Of a stretch of DNA of 48,093 bases, positions 33,092-44,230 are shown in pieces. Source of the stretch: Acutalibacteraceae bacterium (GTDB lineage Bacteria > Bacillota > Clostridia > Oscillospirales > Acutalibacteraceae); NCBI GenBank assembly GCA_045590775.1, contig JAZNRN010000062.1, positions 1 through 48,093 on the forward strand, in the 5' to 3' direction. The notes below the pieces were generated by a model. It saw nothing but the letters and a program-made list of their open reading frames with translations. It was not told the DNA's origin and made no database searches. The translations under genes and the position numbers were made by a program. Numbering within the stretch: position 1 is the first letter of the stretch; each line of letters opens with the position of its first letter.

Positions 33092-33838
33092 ATGAAAGTA
33101 CAAGATATTTTTTCATTTTTAAATGATAATTTCCCAATATCGACTGCTATGGAGTATGATAACCCGGGACTTTTAATCGGGGATAAAAATGCCGATGTAA
33201 CAAAAGCTCTTGTGACGTTAGACTGTACTCTCGAAACGGTGAAAGATGCAGTAGAATTAGGTGCTGAGCTTATTATCACACATCATCCTGTGATATTCGC
33301 TCCTATTAAAAATGTTTTAAAAGGTAGCGTAGTGTATGAGCTTATAAGAAATAACATTTCGGTTATATCAATGCATACAAATCTCGATGTAGCAGAGGGT
33401 GGTGTCAACACCTGTCTTTGTGAAAGGTTAGAGCTTTTTGATATTGAATATTATCTATCTAGTGACGGCTTTGCTTTAAGAAAAGCCAAGATAAAACCCA
33501 TTAGTGCGGATGATTTTGCAAGCTTTATCAAAGAAAAGCTGGGCGGATGCGTAAAGTATGTGGATGGCGGAAAAATGATAGAAAACTTGCTTGTGTGCGG
33601 TGGCAGCGGTGGAGAGTTTGTTTATGATGCGATAGAAAAAGGCTTTGATGCAGTTGTTACTGCCGATATTAAGCATCACATGTTTTTAGATGCGCAAAAC
33701 GGTGAAGTTTCGCTTTTTGAGTGTGGTCACTTTAATACCGAGGATGTTGTAATAGAACCGCTCAAAAACCTTCTACAAGCAAATTTTCCCAATATTTCAT
33801 TCACATCAACTCATAAAACAAATATTAAGTACAGGTAA
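33092..33838 (+). CDS. Nif3-like dinuclear metal centre protein
   Basis: LIITHHPVIF, SMHTNLD and HF at the C-terminal metal site. This is the short form, without the PII-like insert. Confidence 0.85.
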   Translation: MKVQDIFSFLNDNFPISTAMEYDNPGLLIGDKNADVTKALVTLDCTLETVKDAVELGAELIITHHPVIFAPIKNVLKGSVVYELIRNNISVISMHTNLDVAEGGVNTCLCERLELFDIEYYLSSDGFALRKAKIKPISADDFASFIKEKLGGCVKYVDGGKMIENLLVCGGSGGEFVYDAIEKGFDAVVTADIKHHMFLDAQNGEVSLFECGHFNTEDVVIEPLKNLLQANFPNISFTSTHKTNIKYR

Positions 33839-33844
33839 ATAAAA

Positions 33845-33882
33845 CTAAAAAAACCACAGTTTGTTTAAACTGTGGTTTTTAG
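33845..33882. terminator. bidirectional terminator
   Basis: aaaccacagttt-gttt-aaactgtggttt forms a 12-bp stem, flanked by an A-run and a T-run. Confidence 0.8.
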
Positions 33883-33888
33883 TTTAAA

Positions 33889-36513
33889 TTATTCGGTTCG
33901 AAGAGCCGTCACGGGGTCTTTCTTGGCGGCGATTTTTGAAGGTATAAGTCCTGCAACAAAGGTTAAGAGCATACTGATAAGAACAAGTATGATTGCAGCT
34001 ATAGTAGGCAATATTGCAAGACCGCCGATGTCGGTTAATGATTCAATAATCAGGTTAATTGGAATCAGGAGTAATAATGTGACAAGAATACCGAGTGCGC
34101 CTGCCGTGAAGCCTACAATTAAGGTTTCGGCATTAAATACTCTCGATATATCACGCTTTGAAGCACCGATAGCACGTAAAATACCGATTTCTTTTGTGCG
34201 TTCGAGGACAGAGATATAGGTGATAATACCAATCATAATAGAGGATACTATGAGTGAAATGCTGACAAAGGCAATGAGGATATAACTGATGGCATTGATG
34301 ATTGTTGTAACCGATGACATCATAAGTCCTATATAGTCTGTGTAGATAATTTTTTTGTCATCACCTACTGATTTATTGTATTTTGAAATAAGGCTTGAAA
34401 TTTCATCCTTTGCTTCAAAATCCTTTGGGTAAATATTTATAATCGAGGGGTTATTAAGGTCAGATACACCCATAAGAGCAAGATTGCTTTCGTAGGTGGC
34501 AAAATCTGTTTGAGAAGAGATGATTTCCCCAAACTGTTTTGCAATTTCAGCTTCTGACATACCGCTTTTGGCAAGCTCGCCTATATATGCCGTATATTCG
34601 ACCTGTTCTTCTTGAGGGAGAGTTGAAATATAACCCATAAGCTCATCATAGGTTATATCAGAAAAATCATCCTGGAAGGGAAGACCTGTAAAGACATCTA
34701 TTTCGGGATTTTCCTTTTGTGCCTTTACAATTTCACTGTTATTAACATCTTTAATAAGATTTTCCATTAGCTCCTTTGTGTAGCCTATCATACCGCTTGT
34801 TTGGTCACTTACAGCGTCCTTTGCAGGTCGGTAAATACCAACAATTTTAACGGTTTGGGCGTTTTCAAGAGCCTTTTTGACATAAAGTGAATCAAGTGTC
34901 TTATCGGTCCAAGTACCGTTTTTGTTTTTCTGGAAATAGTCGGAATTTAGCATAAGCTTAAACTCCATACCAACTATTTCGTCGAATGAATAGCTGACCT
35001 GCTCAGTGGCTTTAATTTTTTCGCCTTTCATAGCAGCTTCCATCATTTTATCAAGCTCGGCAGAATCTTTAAGTCCTATCGAATAAAGTGCATAGTCGCT
35101 AATTTGATTATTTTTGTTGACAATAAGAATAACCTCATTTGCATTTTCAGGCAAATGACCGGAAACCTTTTCGTACTGTTCATTCAAAAGTTTTTCATCG
35201 CTGAAAAGCTGGCGCCAAACCTCTGCATTCATCATTGGCATTTGCTCGGTATTTATATCGCCCATACCCATAGCACTGTACATATTTGCAAATATTTTAT
35301 TGGGGTTTATGTGTTTTCCGTCTGCGGTATAAATATTAAGCGGTGTTTTGTAGCCATATTCAATTTCGGAAGTAAATTCTTTAAAGCTATCATTACTTTC
35401 GATATGAGATTTAAAGGCTTCAAGGTTATTTATCGAAATGCCGTTTATCATACTTTCCATCATTTCGGTCATGATGTTGTTTGAATATATCTTGTTTTCT
35501 GCGGATTCGGATTTATCGGTGGTTTCCTCCATCAAATCGTTCGCAAGGCTTGACATATCCATACCTGCTTGCTCAATTATTATGGGATAACTCGAAAGGG
35601 TTTCACGCTCGACTTTTTCGATATATGCGTTTACACCGCTTGAAAGGGAAAGAATGAGCGCAATACCGATAATTCCTATAGACGCTGCAAAAGAGGTGAG
35701 AATTGTGCGTGTTTTTTTGGTCATCAGGTTATTAAGCGAAAGGGAAAGCGCTGTGAAAAATGACATTGAGGTTTTGGATTTTTTGGCTTTCTTTTTCTTT
35801 TTTTCCTTTTTGACTTCTTCGACAGCCTCTTCAGTTTCATAAGGTGAAGTGTCATCGATAACCTTGCCATCTAAAAGCTTAATAATTCTGGTGGAGTATT
35901 GCTCGGCAAGCTCCGGATTGTGCGTTACCATAATTACAAGGCGGTCACGTGCAATTTCTTTCAAAAGTGCCATAATTTGAAGCGAGGTTTCGCTGTCAAG
36001 TGCACCTGTCGGCTCGTCGGCTAATAGTATATCGGGGTTGTTTATAAGCGCACGAGCTATTGCAACACGTTGCATTTGTCCGCCCGACATTTGATTGGGT
36101 TTTTTATGAATTTGGTCGGAAAGCCCTACTTTTTCAAGAGCTTCAATAGCTCTTTTGCGACGTTCTTGTTTTGAAACACCCGAAAGAGTGAGGGCTAATT
36201 CAACATTTGAAAGAACGGATTGATGAGGAATTAAGTTGTAGCTTTGGAAAATAAATCCTATAGAATGATTTCTGTAGGCATCCCAATCAGCGTCTTTAAA
36301 TAGCTTTGTTGATTTACCGCCGATAATTAAGTCGCCGTCGGTATAGCGGTCAAGACCGCCTATAATATTTAAAAGGGTTGTTTTTCCACAGCCCGACTGA
36401 CCGAGAATAGAAACAAATTCGTTTTCACGAAATTCAAGACTGACACCCTTTAGTGCCTCAACCGAGGTGTCGCCTGTGATATAGGTTTTTGTAATATTTT
36501 TTAATTTTAACAT
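33889..36513 (-). CDS. MacB-like ABC transporter, fused ATP-binding and FtsX-type permease domains
   Basis: N-terminal GQSGCGKTT, LSGGQMQRVAIARAL and LLADEPT. A Lys-rich linker and a large extracytoplasmic domain follow, ending in a C-terminal FtsX 3-TM bundle. Confidence 0.88.
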   Translation of the reverse strand: MLKLKNITKTYITGDTSVEALKGVSLEFRENEFVSILGQSGCGKTTLLNIIGGLDRYTDGDLIIGGKSTKLFKDADWDAYRNHSIGFIFQSYNLIPHQSVLSNVELALTLSGVSKQERRKRAIEALEKVGLSDQIHKKPNQMSGGQMQRVAIARALINNPDILLADEPTGALDSETSLQIMALLKEIARDRLVIMVTHNPELAEQYSTRIIKLLDGKVIDDTSPYETEEAVEEVKKEKKKKKAKKSKTSMSFFTALSLSLNNLMTKKTRTILTSFAASIGIIGIALILSLSSGVNAYIEKVERETLSSYPIIIEQAGMDMSSLANDLMEETTDKSESAENKIYSNNIMTEMMESMINGISINNLEAFKSHIESNDSFKEFTSEIEYGYKTPLNIYTADGKHINPNKIFANMYSAMGMGDINTEQMPMMNAEVWRQLFSDEKLLNEQYEKVSGHLPENANEVILIVNKNNQISDYALYSIGLKDSAELDKMMEAAMKGEKIKATEQVSYSFDEIVGMEFKLMLNSDYFQKNKNGTWTDKTLDSLYVKKALENAQTVKIVGIYRPAKDAVSDQTSGMIGYTKELMENLIKDVNNSEIVKAQKENPEIDVFTGLPFQDDFSDITYDELMGYISTLPQEEQVEYTAYIGELAKSGMSEAEIAKQFGEIISSQTDFATYESNLALMGVSDLNNPSIINIYPKDFEAKDEISSLISKYNKSVGDDKKIIYTDYIGLMMSSVTTIINAISYILIAFVSISLIVSSIMIGIITYISVLERTKEIGILRAIGASKRDISRVFNAETLIVGFTAGALGILVTLLLLIPINLIIESLTDIGGLAILPTIAAIILVLISMLLTFVAGLIPSKIAAKKDPVTALRTE

Positions 36514-36593
36514 AAATTAAGCATCGCACCTTTCATATTTCCTTACTATTATAATTAGTATAACAGTTAAATATTTACAAAGTATGAATATTC

Positions 36594-36627
36594 TTGAAAA
36601 ATTTTAGACCGCCAAGGAGACGGTCTA
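36594..36627 (-). terminator. intrinsic terminator after the Na/Pi transporter gene
   Basis: On the minus strand, tagaccg-tctccttgg-cggtcta is followed by an A/U-rich run that ends in UUUUU. Confidence 0.6.
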
Positions 36628-36634
36628 AAATTCT

Positions 36635-38386
36635 TTAGATTTTGTATTTTTCTTCGTACATATTGTAGTTATCAACAAATTCGCCTGTTGCAGCAGTTTT
36701 TATCTTATGCAGATACTTGTGGGCATCCAGCATATCTGTAGGAAGCTGCATCGTGTAAACTGCAATATTAGAGCAATGGTCGGAAACACGCTCAAAGTTA
36801 GTGAGCAAATCGGTGAAAATAAAACCGAGTTCTATTGTACATTCGTTATTTTGAAGTCGTGCGATATGCTTTGCTTTTAATGTCTTTTGTAGGTTGTCAA
36901 TAACCTGCTCTAACGGCTCAACCAACGATGCAACTTGGGCATCATCGTTTATAAATGAAAGGGTAGCGTTTTCAAGAATTTCCTTAATGGCGTCAGTTAC
37001 AACCGCCATTTCTTTGGTTGCTTTTTCAGAGAAAACGATGTTTTTGGTGTGCATTTCTTCTGCTAACTTGCAGATATTGAGTGCGTGGTCAGCAATACGC
37101 TCAAAGTCACCGATACTATGAAGCATACGTGCAACCTTATGCGATGATGCTTCGCTTAGCTCGTTGTTACTAAGTCTTACCAAATATGTACCGAGCTTGT
37201 CCTCGTATTTATCGATAAGGTTTTCTTTTTCCCTTATAAATTCGACATCATCATCAGAAAATTCAGTGATTGAATGAATGGCCCTGTATATAGATTCTTT
37301 AGTGTAATTTGCCATTTCACAGGTAAGTCTGTGACACTCATCAATTGCAAGTGCGGAATTGTTAAACAAACGCTCGTCCAAGAAAACGGTATGCTTTTTT
37401 TCGTCCTGTTTATCGGGGACAATCTTTTTGCAGAAAGTAATAAGAAGCTTTTTGATTGGGAGAAGAATTATTGTGTTGATGAGATTGAAAAGTGTATGAA
37501 CAATGGCTACACCAACCATAGCGATTTCACTTGATAAAATCGAAAGACCAAATGCTTTGAGAATATAAAGAATAACCATACAAAGCACCGAGCCGAAAAC
37601 ATTTACAAAGAAATGCATTGCAACAACACGTTTTGCATTTTTGTTGGTGCCGATGGCAGAAATCAGAGCTGTAACACAGGTGCCGATATTTGCGCCGAGT
37701 ACCAATGGAATAGCCATTTGATATGTGATTCCGCCTGAAAGTGCCAATGCTTGCACAATACCTATTGTAGCGGCAGAGGACTGAATAACACCTGTGAATA
37801 AAGTCGAGATAAGCAGTGCTGCAATCGGACTTTTAAGAGTCAGCAAAAAGCTGTCGAAACCGGGGAGGGTACGCACCGATTTCATTGAGGTACTCATTAA
37901 ATCCATACCGAACATAAGAATTGCAAAACCAATGAAAATTGTACCTAAATTTTGTTTTTTCTGGCTTTTTGAAAGCATTCGCATTACAATGCCGATAAAT
38001 GCCAATATAGGTGCAAAGGTCATCGGTTGTAGGAGAGTTAAAAAGAAGTTGTCACCGCTTATACCGGCAAGACTTAATATCCAAGCCGTAAGTGTTGTAC
38101 CAACGTTTGAGCCCATAATCATGCCAAAGGTATTGCTGAAATCAAGAATACCCGAGTTCACAAGTCCAACAAGCATAACCGTAAGGGCAGAAGAGGATTG
38201 AATAGCGACCGTAACACCGGCACCAAGAAAGAATCCTGTAAAATCGTTGGAGGTGACCTTTTTCATTGTTCGCTCAAGACCGCCGCCCGAAACCTGTTCA
38301 AGACCGTTTGATAAGGTGTTCATACCATAAAGGAAGAAGGCAAGCCCGCCGAGCAGGGTTGCAACCATAACCAAAATATCTGTCAT
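36635..38386 (-). CDS. Na/Pi cotransporter family protein with a C-terminal PhoU-like domain
   Basis: A polytopic N-terminal half with duplicated GxxxGTxxTA(W/L) repeats (GSNVGTTLTAW, GANIGTCVTAL). The soluble helical C-terminal half has DHALNI and SDHCSNIA PhoU-type motifs. Confidence 0.85.
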   Translation of the reverse strand: MTDILVMVATLLGGLAFFLYGMNTLSNGLEQVSGGGLERTMKKVTSNDFTGFFLGAGVTVAIQSSSALTVMLVGLVNSGILDFSNTFGMIMGSNVGTTLTAWILSLAGISGDNFFLTLLQPMTFAPILAFIGIVMRMLSKSQKKQNLGTIFIGFAILMFGMDLMSTSMKSVRTLPGFDSFLLTLKSPIAALLISTLFTGVIQSSAATIGIVQALALSGGITYQMAIPLVLGANIGTCVTALISAIGTNKNAKRVVAMHFFVNVFGSVLCMVILYILKAFGLSILSSEIAMVGVAIVHTLFNLINTIILLPIKKLLITFCKKIVPDKQDEKKHTVFLDERLFNNSALAIDECHRLTCEMANYTKESIYRAIHSITEFSDDDVEFIREKENLIDKYEDKLGTYLVRLSNNELSEASSHKVARMLHSIGDFERIADHALNICKLAEEMHTKNIVFSEKATKEMAVVTDAIKEILENATLSFINDDAQVASLVEPLEQVIDNLQKTLKAKHIARLQNNECTIELGFIFTDLLTNFERVSDHCSNIAVYTMQLPTDMLDAHKYLHKIKTAATGEFVDNYNMYEEKYKI

Positions 38387-38426
38387 AACTTTTATTTCTC
38401 CTTAAAAACGTTGTAGCAAAAACCGA

Positions 38427-39818
38427 TTAAAATTCAATGGCCTTTTCGATATATTCCTTAAGCTCACTAATAGGAATACGTTTTTGTTCCATTGTATCTC
38501 GGTCACGTACTGTAACGCAATTATCCTCTAAGGAATCAAAGTCGTATGTGATACAAATCGGAGTGCCGATTTCATCCTCTCTGCGATAACGTTTACCTAT
38601 AGATCCGGCATCATCATAATCAACATTGAAGTATTTTGATAGGTCGGTATATATTTCGTTTGCTTTTTCCGAAAGTTTTTTGGAAAGAGGGAGTACAGCT
38701 GCTTTAAAGGGGGCGAGAGCAGGGTGGAAGTGCATTACAACACGTGTATCGCCCTTTTCATCTGTTTCTTCATCATAAGCATTGCAAAGGAATGCCAAAA
38801 GTACACGGTCAGCGCCAAGTGAAGGCTCGATGACATAAGGAATATATTTTTCGTTTGTTTCAGGGTCGAAGTATTCCATGGATTCTCCCGAATGCTCGCT
38901 ATGCTGTGAAAGGTCGTAATCCGTTCTGTCGGCAACGCCCCAAAGTTCGCCCCAACCAAACGGGAAGAGGAACTCAAAGTCGGTAGTAGCCTTTGAATAG
39001 AAGCAAAGCTCATCCTTATCGTGGTCACGAAGTCTCAAGGAATCTTCATCCATACCTAAATCAAGCAACCATTTTTTACAATAACCACGCCAATATTCAA
39101 ACCACTCAAGGTCGGTGCCGGGTTTGCAGAAAAACTCAAGCTCCATCTGCTCAAACTCACGTGTGCGGAAAATGAAGTTGCCGGGTGTGATTTCGTTGCG
39201 GAAGGATTTACCGATTTGTGCAACACCAAACGGAACCTTTTTACGTGATGTGCGGGCAATATTTTTAAAGTTTACAAAAATACCCTGTGCAGTTTCGGGA
39301 CGAAGGTATAAAGTAGAGGTTGAATCCTCTGTTACGCCTTGGAAGGTTTTAAACATAAGGTTAAATTTTCTGATGTCGGTAAAATCTTTAGAACCGCAAT
39401 CGGGGCAAACAATGCCTTTTTCCTCAATATATGCCTTCATTTCAGCATCGCTCATAGCAGCAGGGTTGTCATTCAGTCCGTTAGCAGCCACATAATCTTC
39501 TATAAGCTTATCTGCTCTATGACGGGTTTTACAAGATTTACAGTCCATAAGCGGATCGGAAAATCCACCTAAGTGGCCTGATGCCACCCAAGTTTCAGGG
39601 TTCATAATAATTGCACTGTCAAGACCTACGTTATAAGGACTTTCTTGTACAAATTTTTTCCACCAAGCCTTTTTGATGTTGTTTTTAAGCTCAACACCTA
39701 AAGGACCGTAATCCCAGGAATTTGCAAGACCGCCGTATATTTCGCTACCTGCATAAACAAAGCCTCTGCCTTTGGCGAGAGAGACTACCGTTTCCATATT
39801 TTTGTCTGCGTTTTTCAT
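38427..39818 (-). CDS. glyQS: glycine--tRNA ligase (dimeric class II type)
   Basis: [58 protein letters not shown]. The ATG at 39818 follows GGAGG. Confidence 0.95.
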   Translation of the reverse strand: MKNADKNMETVVSLAKGRGFVYAGSEIYGGLANSWDYGPLGVELKNNIKKAWWKKFVQESPYNVGLDSAIIMNPETWVASGHLGGFSDPLMDCKSCKTRHRADKLIEDYVAANGLNDNPAAMSDAEMKAYIEEKGIVCPDCGSKDFTDIRKFNLMFKTFQGVTEDSTSTLYLRPETAQGIFVNFKNIARTSRKKVPFGVAQIGKSFRNEITPGNFIFRTREFEQMELEFFCKPGTDLEWFEYWRGYCKKWLLDLGMDEDSLRLRDHDKDELCFYSKATTDFEFLFPFGWGELWGVADRTDYDLSQHSEHSGESMEYFDPETNEKYIPYVIEPSLGADRVLLAFLCNAYDEETDEKGDTRVVMHFHPALAPFKAAVLPLSKKLSEKANEIYTDLSKYFNVDYDDAGSIGKRYRREDEIGTPICITYDFDSLEDNCVTVRDRDTMEQKRIPISELKEYIEKAIEF

Positions 39819-39921
39819 AAACAAACCTCCGCAAAGTTATATTATTATTTATAATAAATTGCAAATTTCTACAAATATTATAGTACATAAATTTTCCACA
39901 AAAGTCAACAAATTATTAGTC

Positions 39922-39950
39922 TTGACATATTATTTTGGATGGTTTATACT
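39922..39950 (+). promoter_or_regulatory. sigma-A promoter for the 92-aa gene
   Basis: TTGACA-N17-TATACT. Confidence 0.5.
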
Positions 39951-40053
39951 TATTTTAATAAATTTGGTTTGACAGTTTTATTTTTTATAACGGAATTTCA
40001 AGCTTTCGTTTACAAACTATTCTAATGAAAATTGCCGAGAAGGAGAATGCACA

Positions 40054-40332
40054 ATGGCAGATTTTTTAACCTACAAGGATAAGCCTTTAGTAAGAAAAGG
40101 CAAAGAAATTTATTATGGAGATATGGCAGAGCCGTATGTTGTTAAATTCACAATTTTAAAATCAGAAAAGCAGGGTCAGAATGAAGTTCCGACAGAAGTT
40201 CTGATTCAACTTATCAAAAGTGATATTCAACTTTCAGAAAAGGACAGAATAAAGAAAGAATCAACAAAATCATCAATGTTTGAAGCACTTGATTTGGGCT
40301 TTGTTTGGTTGGAAAGAGCTTTGACTAAATAG
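40054..40332 (+). CDS. hypothetical protein (92 aa)
   Basis: AAGGAG RBS, its own promoter and its own terminator. I recognise no motif. Confidence 0.6.
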   Translation: MADFLTYKDKPLVRKGKEIYYGDMAEPYVVKFTILKSEKQGQNEVPTEVLIQLIKSDIQLSEKDRIKKESTKSSMFEALDLGFVWLERALTK

Positions 40333-40351
40333 TATTTTTTAAGATTTTGAT

Positions 40352-40387
40352 AGTCGGTTTACCACTGTTTTGGTAAATCGGCTTTTT
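40352..40387 (+). terminator. intrinsic terminator
   Basis: gtcggtttacca-ctgttt-tggtaaatcggc (two GU pairs) followed by TTTTTT. Confidence 0.75.
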
Positions 40388-40434
40388 TGTATGAAAAATT
40401 TTCTTTCTGACAATAATATTTGGCATATAAATAT

Positions 40435-40463
40435 CTTGACAAGCGTTTTATTTAATTGTAGAA
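40435..40463 (+). promoter_or_regulatory. sigma-A promoter for rnj
   Basis: TTGACA-N17-TAGAAT, giving a leader of about 105 nt. Confidence 0.55.
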
Positions 40464-40572
40464 TAATAAAGATAATATTATAAGGGATATTTTACCTATT
40501 TTGCCTTGAGCGTTATAAGATTTTCTTGGCAGAATTGCTGTTTATACATAAAAAATATGGAGGAAATGTGTT

Positions 40573-42387
40573 ATGGATGAAAAGGCTAAAAAGAAGAAAC
40601 AAACGACGAAAAACAATTCAAAGAGAAATAACAATAAATCAATGTCTAAAAATATGCAAAAGTCTTCACAGAAGAAAAAAGCCGTTACTAAAAACGATAA
40701 CTATAAACCTACAAAACAAAAGAAGATTACCGGACCTGTCAAAATCATACCTCTTGGCGGACTTGGTGAAATCGGAAAGAACATCACACTCTATCAATAT
40801 GGTGATGAAATGATTTTAGTTGATTGTGGTATGTCTTTCCCTGATGAAGATATGCCGGGTATTGACATAGTTATTCCCGATTTTTCGTATGTATTAGATA
40901 ACAAGGATAAAATCAAAGGCTTGTTTGTAACCCACGGTCACGAGGACCATATCGGTGCAATTCCGTATCTTTTAAAGGATTTTAATATTCCGATTTATGC
41001 TACTCGCCTTACTGTCGGAATCATTGAAGGAAAGCTCAAAGAGCATAAGCTTTTATCAAGCGCAAAGCTTTATACCGTAAAGCCCAATGAAAAGATAACG
41101 CTTGGCAGTTTTACGGTTGATTTTATTCATGTTAATCACTCAATTCCCGATGCGGTAGGCTTTGCGATTACGACACCTGCAGGAACAATTATTCATACCG
41201 GCGACTTTAAAATCGACACGACTCCAATTGATGATTATGTAATTGATTTAGGAAAATTTGCTGAATATGGTCGCAAAGGGGTTTTAGCACTTCTCGCTGA
41301 TTCGACTAATGCCGAAAGACCGGGATACACACCTTCCGAAAAATTGGTTGGTGGTTCGCTTTCAAATTTCTTCAGTAAAGCTGAGGGCAGGCGAATTATT
41401 GTTGCTACCTTTTCTTCGAATATTCATCGTATTCAACAAATCATCTATGAGGCTGTAAAATGCGGTCGCAAGGTTGCCTTTTCGGGCAGAAGTATGATAA
41501 ATGTTGTAAGTGTCGCAAGTGAGCTAGGATATTTGACTGTTCCTGATAATGTGATTATTGATTTATCTGATATTAAAAATTACGAACCCTCAAAGGTTGT
41601 AATAGTTACAACCGGCTCTCAAGGTGAACCGCTTTCGGCGCTTCATCGAATTGCATTCTCTGACCATAGGCAGATTGAAATTATGCCGGGAGATATGATT
41701 ATTATTTCCGCAACACCGATTCCCGGTAACGAGAAATTGGTCAGTAAGGTAATCAACGAGCTGATGAAAAACGGCGCCGATGTTGTGTATGAGCGTATGT
41801 ATGATGTTCACGTTTCGGGACACGCTTGTCAGGAAGAAATCAAATTGATGATGAGCATCGTAAAACCTAAATATGTAATCCCTCTTCACGGTGAACAAAA
41901 GCACCTTATGAAGCACGCTTTCTTAGCCGAGCAAATGGGTATTCCCGAAAGCAACATACTGATTCCTATAAACGGTTCTGTAATTGAGCTTGATTCCAAC
42001 TCAATGAAATGCAACGAGACCGTTCCCGCCGGCAGGGTTTTGGTTGACGGACTAGGTATTGGTGATGTCGGAAGCATTGTTCTTCGAGACAGAAAGCATT
42101 TAGCGGATGATGGTATTATAGTTGTGGCAGTAACTATAGATAAGCACTCTCGTGAGGTTGTTTCCGGTCCGGACGTTGTATCACGTGGATTTGTTTATGT
42201 GAAAGAGTCGGAAGAGTTGATGAACGAGATTAACAATCTTGTTTGCGATATTTTAGAGAGATGTTATATCAACAACATTACTGATTGGAACAATGTAAAA
42301 TTAAAAATTAAAGACGGCGTTTCAAAGTTCTTGTTCCAAAGAACCAAGCGCAGTCCTATGATTCTTCCTGTTATTATGGAAGTATAA
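40573..42387 (+). CDS. rnj: ribonuclease J with a Lys/Asn-rich N-terminal extension
   Basis: [22 protein letters not shown], a beta-CASP region and the C-terminal domain. About 55 basic, low-complexity residues precede the conserved start. Confidence 0.93.
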   Translation: MDEKAKKKKQTTKNNSKRNNNKSMSKNMQKSSQKKKAVTKNDNYKPTKQKKITGPVKIIPLGGLGEIGKNITLYQYGDEMILVDCGMSFPDEDMPGIDIVIPDFSYVLDNKDKIKGLFVTHGHEDHIGAIPYLLKDFNIPIYATRLTVGIIEGKLKEHKLLSSAKLYTVKPNEKITLGSFTVDFIHVNHSIPDAVGFAITTPAGTIIHTGDFKIDTTPIDDYVIDLGKFAEYGRKGVLALLADSTNAERPGYTPSEKLVGGSLSNFFSKAEGRRIIVATFSSNIHRIQQIIYEAVKCGRKVAFSGRSMINVVSVASELGYLTVPDNVIIDLSDIKNYEPSKVVIVTTGSQGEPLSALHRIAFSDHRQIEIMPGDMIIISATPIPGNEKLVSKVINELMKNGADVVYERMYDVHVSGHACQEEIKLMMSIVKPKYVIPLHGEQKHLMKHAFLAEQMGIPESNILIPINGSVIELDSNSMKCNETVPAGRVLVDGLGIGDVGSIVLRDRKHLADDGIIVVAVTIDKHSREVVSGPDVVSRGFVYVKESEELMNEINNLVCDILERCYINNITDWNNVKLKIKDGVSKFLFQRTKRSPMILPVIMEV

Positions 42388-42407
42388 CAATAGTAAGGAG
42401 TAACACT

Positions 42408-42848
42408 ATGAAGGTTGTATTATTAGCAGATGTTAAAGGTCACGGAAAAAAGGGCGAGCTTTGCAATGTTTCCGACGGATATGCGAGAAACTTCCTTTTT
42501 CCTAAAAAATTAGCAATAGAAGCAGATAATGCTGCACTTAATGAGCTTAAAAACCGTGAGGAATCTGCAGCACATCATAAACAAGAGGAAATTAACGCAG
42601 CAAAGGCTACTGCTGCACAGCTTGAAGGTAAAACAATAACCATTAAAGCAAAAGCAGGCACTGCAGGTCGTCTTTTTGGTTCTGTTACATCAAAGGAAAT
42701 AGCTGCAGAAATTAAAAACAGCTTGGGTATTGTAATCGATAAGAAAAAAATGAGCGCTCCCGACATTAAAAATTTCGGCGAATACACTGCCGAAATCAAG
42801 CTTTATCAGGGAATCAGCGCAAAGGTAAATGTAAAAGTAACGGAGTAA
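42408..42848 (+). CDS. rplI: 50S ribosomal protein L9
   Basis: [36 protein letters not shown]. Confidence 0.97.
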   Translation: MKVVLLADVKGHGKKGELCNVSDGYARNFLFPKKLAIEADNAALNELKNREESAAHHKQEEINAAKATAAQLEGKTITIKAKAGTAGRLFGSVTSKEIAAEIKNSLGIVIDKKKMSAPDIKNFGEYTAEIKLYQGISAKVNVKVTE

Positions 42849-42856
42849 TTTGTTAA

Positions 42857-44230
42857 ATGAGTGAAGAAAAACTAATTTATAACCTCGACACAGCTTCTCT
42901 TCCTTATTCTGTCGAGGCTGAACAATCGGTTTTGGGCTCGGTGCTTGTTGACCCAAATTGCTTGACTGATATTGCAATAGAAGTAAAACCCGATTATTTC
43001 TATATTCCGCAGCACAGAGAAATTTATAAAGCAATGGCTTCAATGTATGAGCTCAGCCAAAGCATTGATTTTGTTTCCTTACTTGAAAAACTGAAAAAAG
43101 ACGGTGTTTATGACGAGGCAGGCGGAAAGGCATATTTGACACAGCTTGTTCAAACTGTGCCCTCTGCTGCCAATGTTCTTACATATGTTGCTATTGTCAG
43201 GGAGCGTTATTATGCCCGTTCACTTATGAATGCGGCACAAAACATAATTAAGGACGTCAATGAAAATACCCTTGATTCAGGTGTTCTTTTAGACAACGCA
43301 GAGCAACGTATTTATGAGATAAGACAGGGCAGAGAAATCAGCGGACTTACTCATATAAAGGATGTAATCATTAACGAAACATACGACAGACTTACTAAAA
43401 TGGCTGACCCTGAAACAAGAGCGGATTATGTCGGTATTCCTTGTGGAATAGGAAAGCTTGATAAAATGATTACCGGACTTAACAAGTCTGACCTTATAAT
43501 TTTAGGTGCTCGTCCCGGTATGGGTAAGACTTCTTTTGCACTTAATATTGTTCGTAATGTTGCGATGAATACCGGAAGAACTGTTTGCTTTTTCTCACTT
43601 GAAATGACACGTGACCAGTTGGCTCAACGTATGCTTTCAAGTGAAGCCGGAATAAAGAGTGAAAAGCTTCGCACAGGTGAGCTTGACGATAAAGAGTGGG
43701 CACGCCTTGCTCAAGCGGGTGCCGCCCTTTCGGAGGCTAACATCTTTTTTGATGAAACATCTGCTATCACAGTTCCCGAAATGAAAGCAAAGCTGAAGCG
43801 TATGAAGCCCCAACCCGATTTGGTGGTTGTCGATTATTTAGGTCTTATGAAATCTGCCAAATCGACAGAAAATCGTGTTCAAGAGGTTTCAGAAATTACA
43901 AGAAATCTCAAAATCATGGCAAAGGAATTACACATTCCCGTAATTGTTTGCGCACAGCTTTCTCGTGGTACAGAGGCAAAGGGAAAATCCCATAAGCCGA
44001 TGCTTTCCGACCTTCGTGAATCAGGCTCTATCGAGCAGGATGCCGACATTGTTTTATTCCTTTATCGTGAGACCTATTACGATAATGAAAAAACCGATGA
44101 TGAGGACAGAGGCGACCCAAATAAAGCCGAGTGTATCGTGGCGAAAAACCGTCACGGTGAAATCGGTACGGTTGAGCTTTATTGGGATGGACAGTTTACT
44201 CGTTTTACTTCGCCTGAATGGAATAGATAA
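42857..44230 (+). CDS. dnaB: replicative DNA helicase
   Basis: PYSVEAEQSVLGS, Walker A GARPGMGKTSFAL, SLEM, LRESGSIEQDAD. Confidence 0.96.
   Translation: MSEEKLIYNLDTASLPYSVEAEQSVLGSVLVDPNCLTDIAIEVKPDYFYIPQHREIYKAMASMYELSQSIDFVSLLEKLKKDGVYDEAGGKAYLTQLVQTVPSAANVLTYVAIVRERYYARSLMNAAQNIIKDVNENTLDSGVLLDNAEQRIYEIRQGREISGLTHIKDVIINETYDRLTKMADPETRADYVGIPCGIGKLDKMITGLNKSDLIILGARPGMGKTSFALNIVRNVAMNTGRTVCFFSLEMTRDQLAQRMLSSEAGIKSEKLRTGELDDKEWARLAQAGAALSEANIFFDETSAITVPEMKAKLKRMKPQPDLVVVDYLGLMKSAKSTENRVQEVSEITRNLKIMAKELHIPVIVCAQLSRGTEAKGKSHKPMLSDLRESGSIEQDADIVLFLYRETYYDNEKTDDEDRGDPNKAECIVAKNRHGEIGTVELYWDGQFTRFTSPEWNR

Noticed and set aside
33872-34219. 115-aa plus-strand ORF, together with the other long antisense ORFs in the track (for example 35104-35484, 37794-38201, 39115-39495, 46346-46900, 11433-11828).
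   Set aside because: All of them lie antisense within well-supported conserved genes, lack RBSs, and show no recognisable motifs. They are typical shadow ORFs.
39819-40053. Possible T-box leader upstream of glyQS.
   Set aside because: The intergenic region is A/T-rich promoter DNA serving two divergent promoters. No T-box motif, specifier loop or terminator/antiterminator pair is visible.
40526-40813. 95-aa ORF overlapping the rnj 5' end.
   Set aside because: It is an alternative frame of the A-rich, Lys-coding rnj extension. Its Arg/Lys-rich translation is a frame artefact, and the rnj frame has the RBS and the conserved domains.
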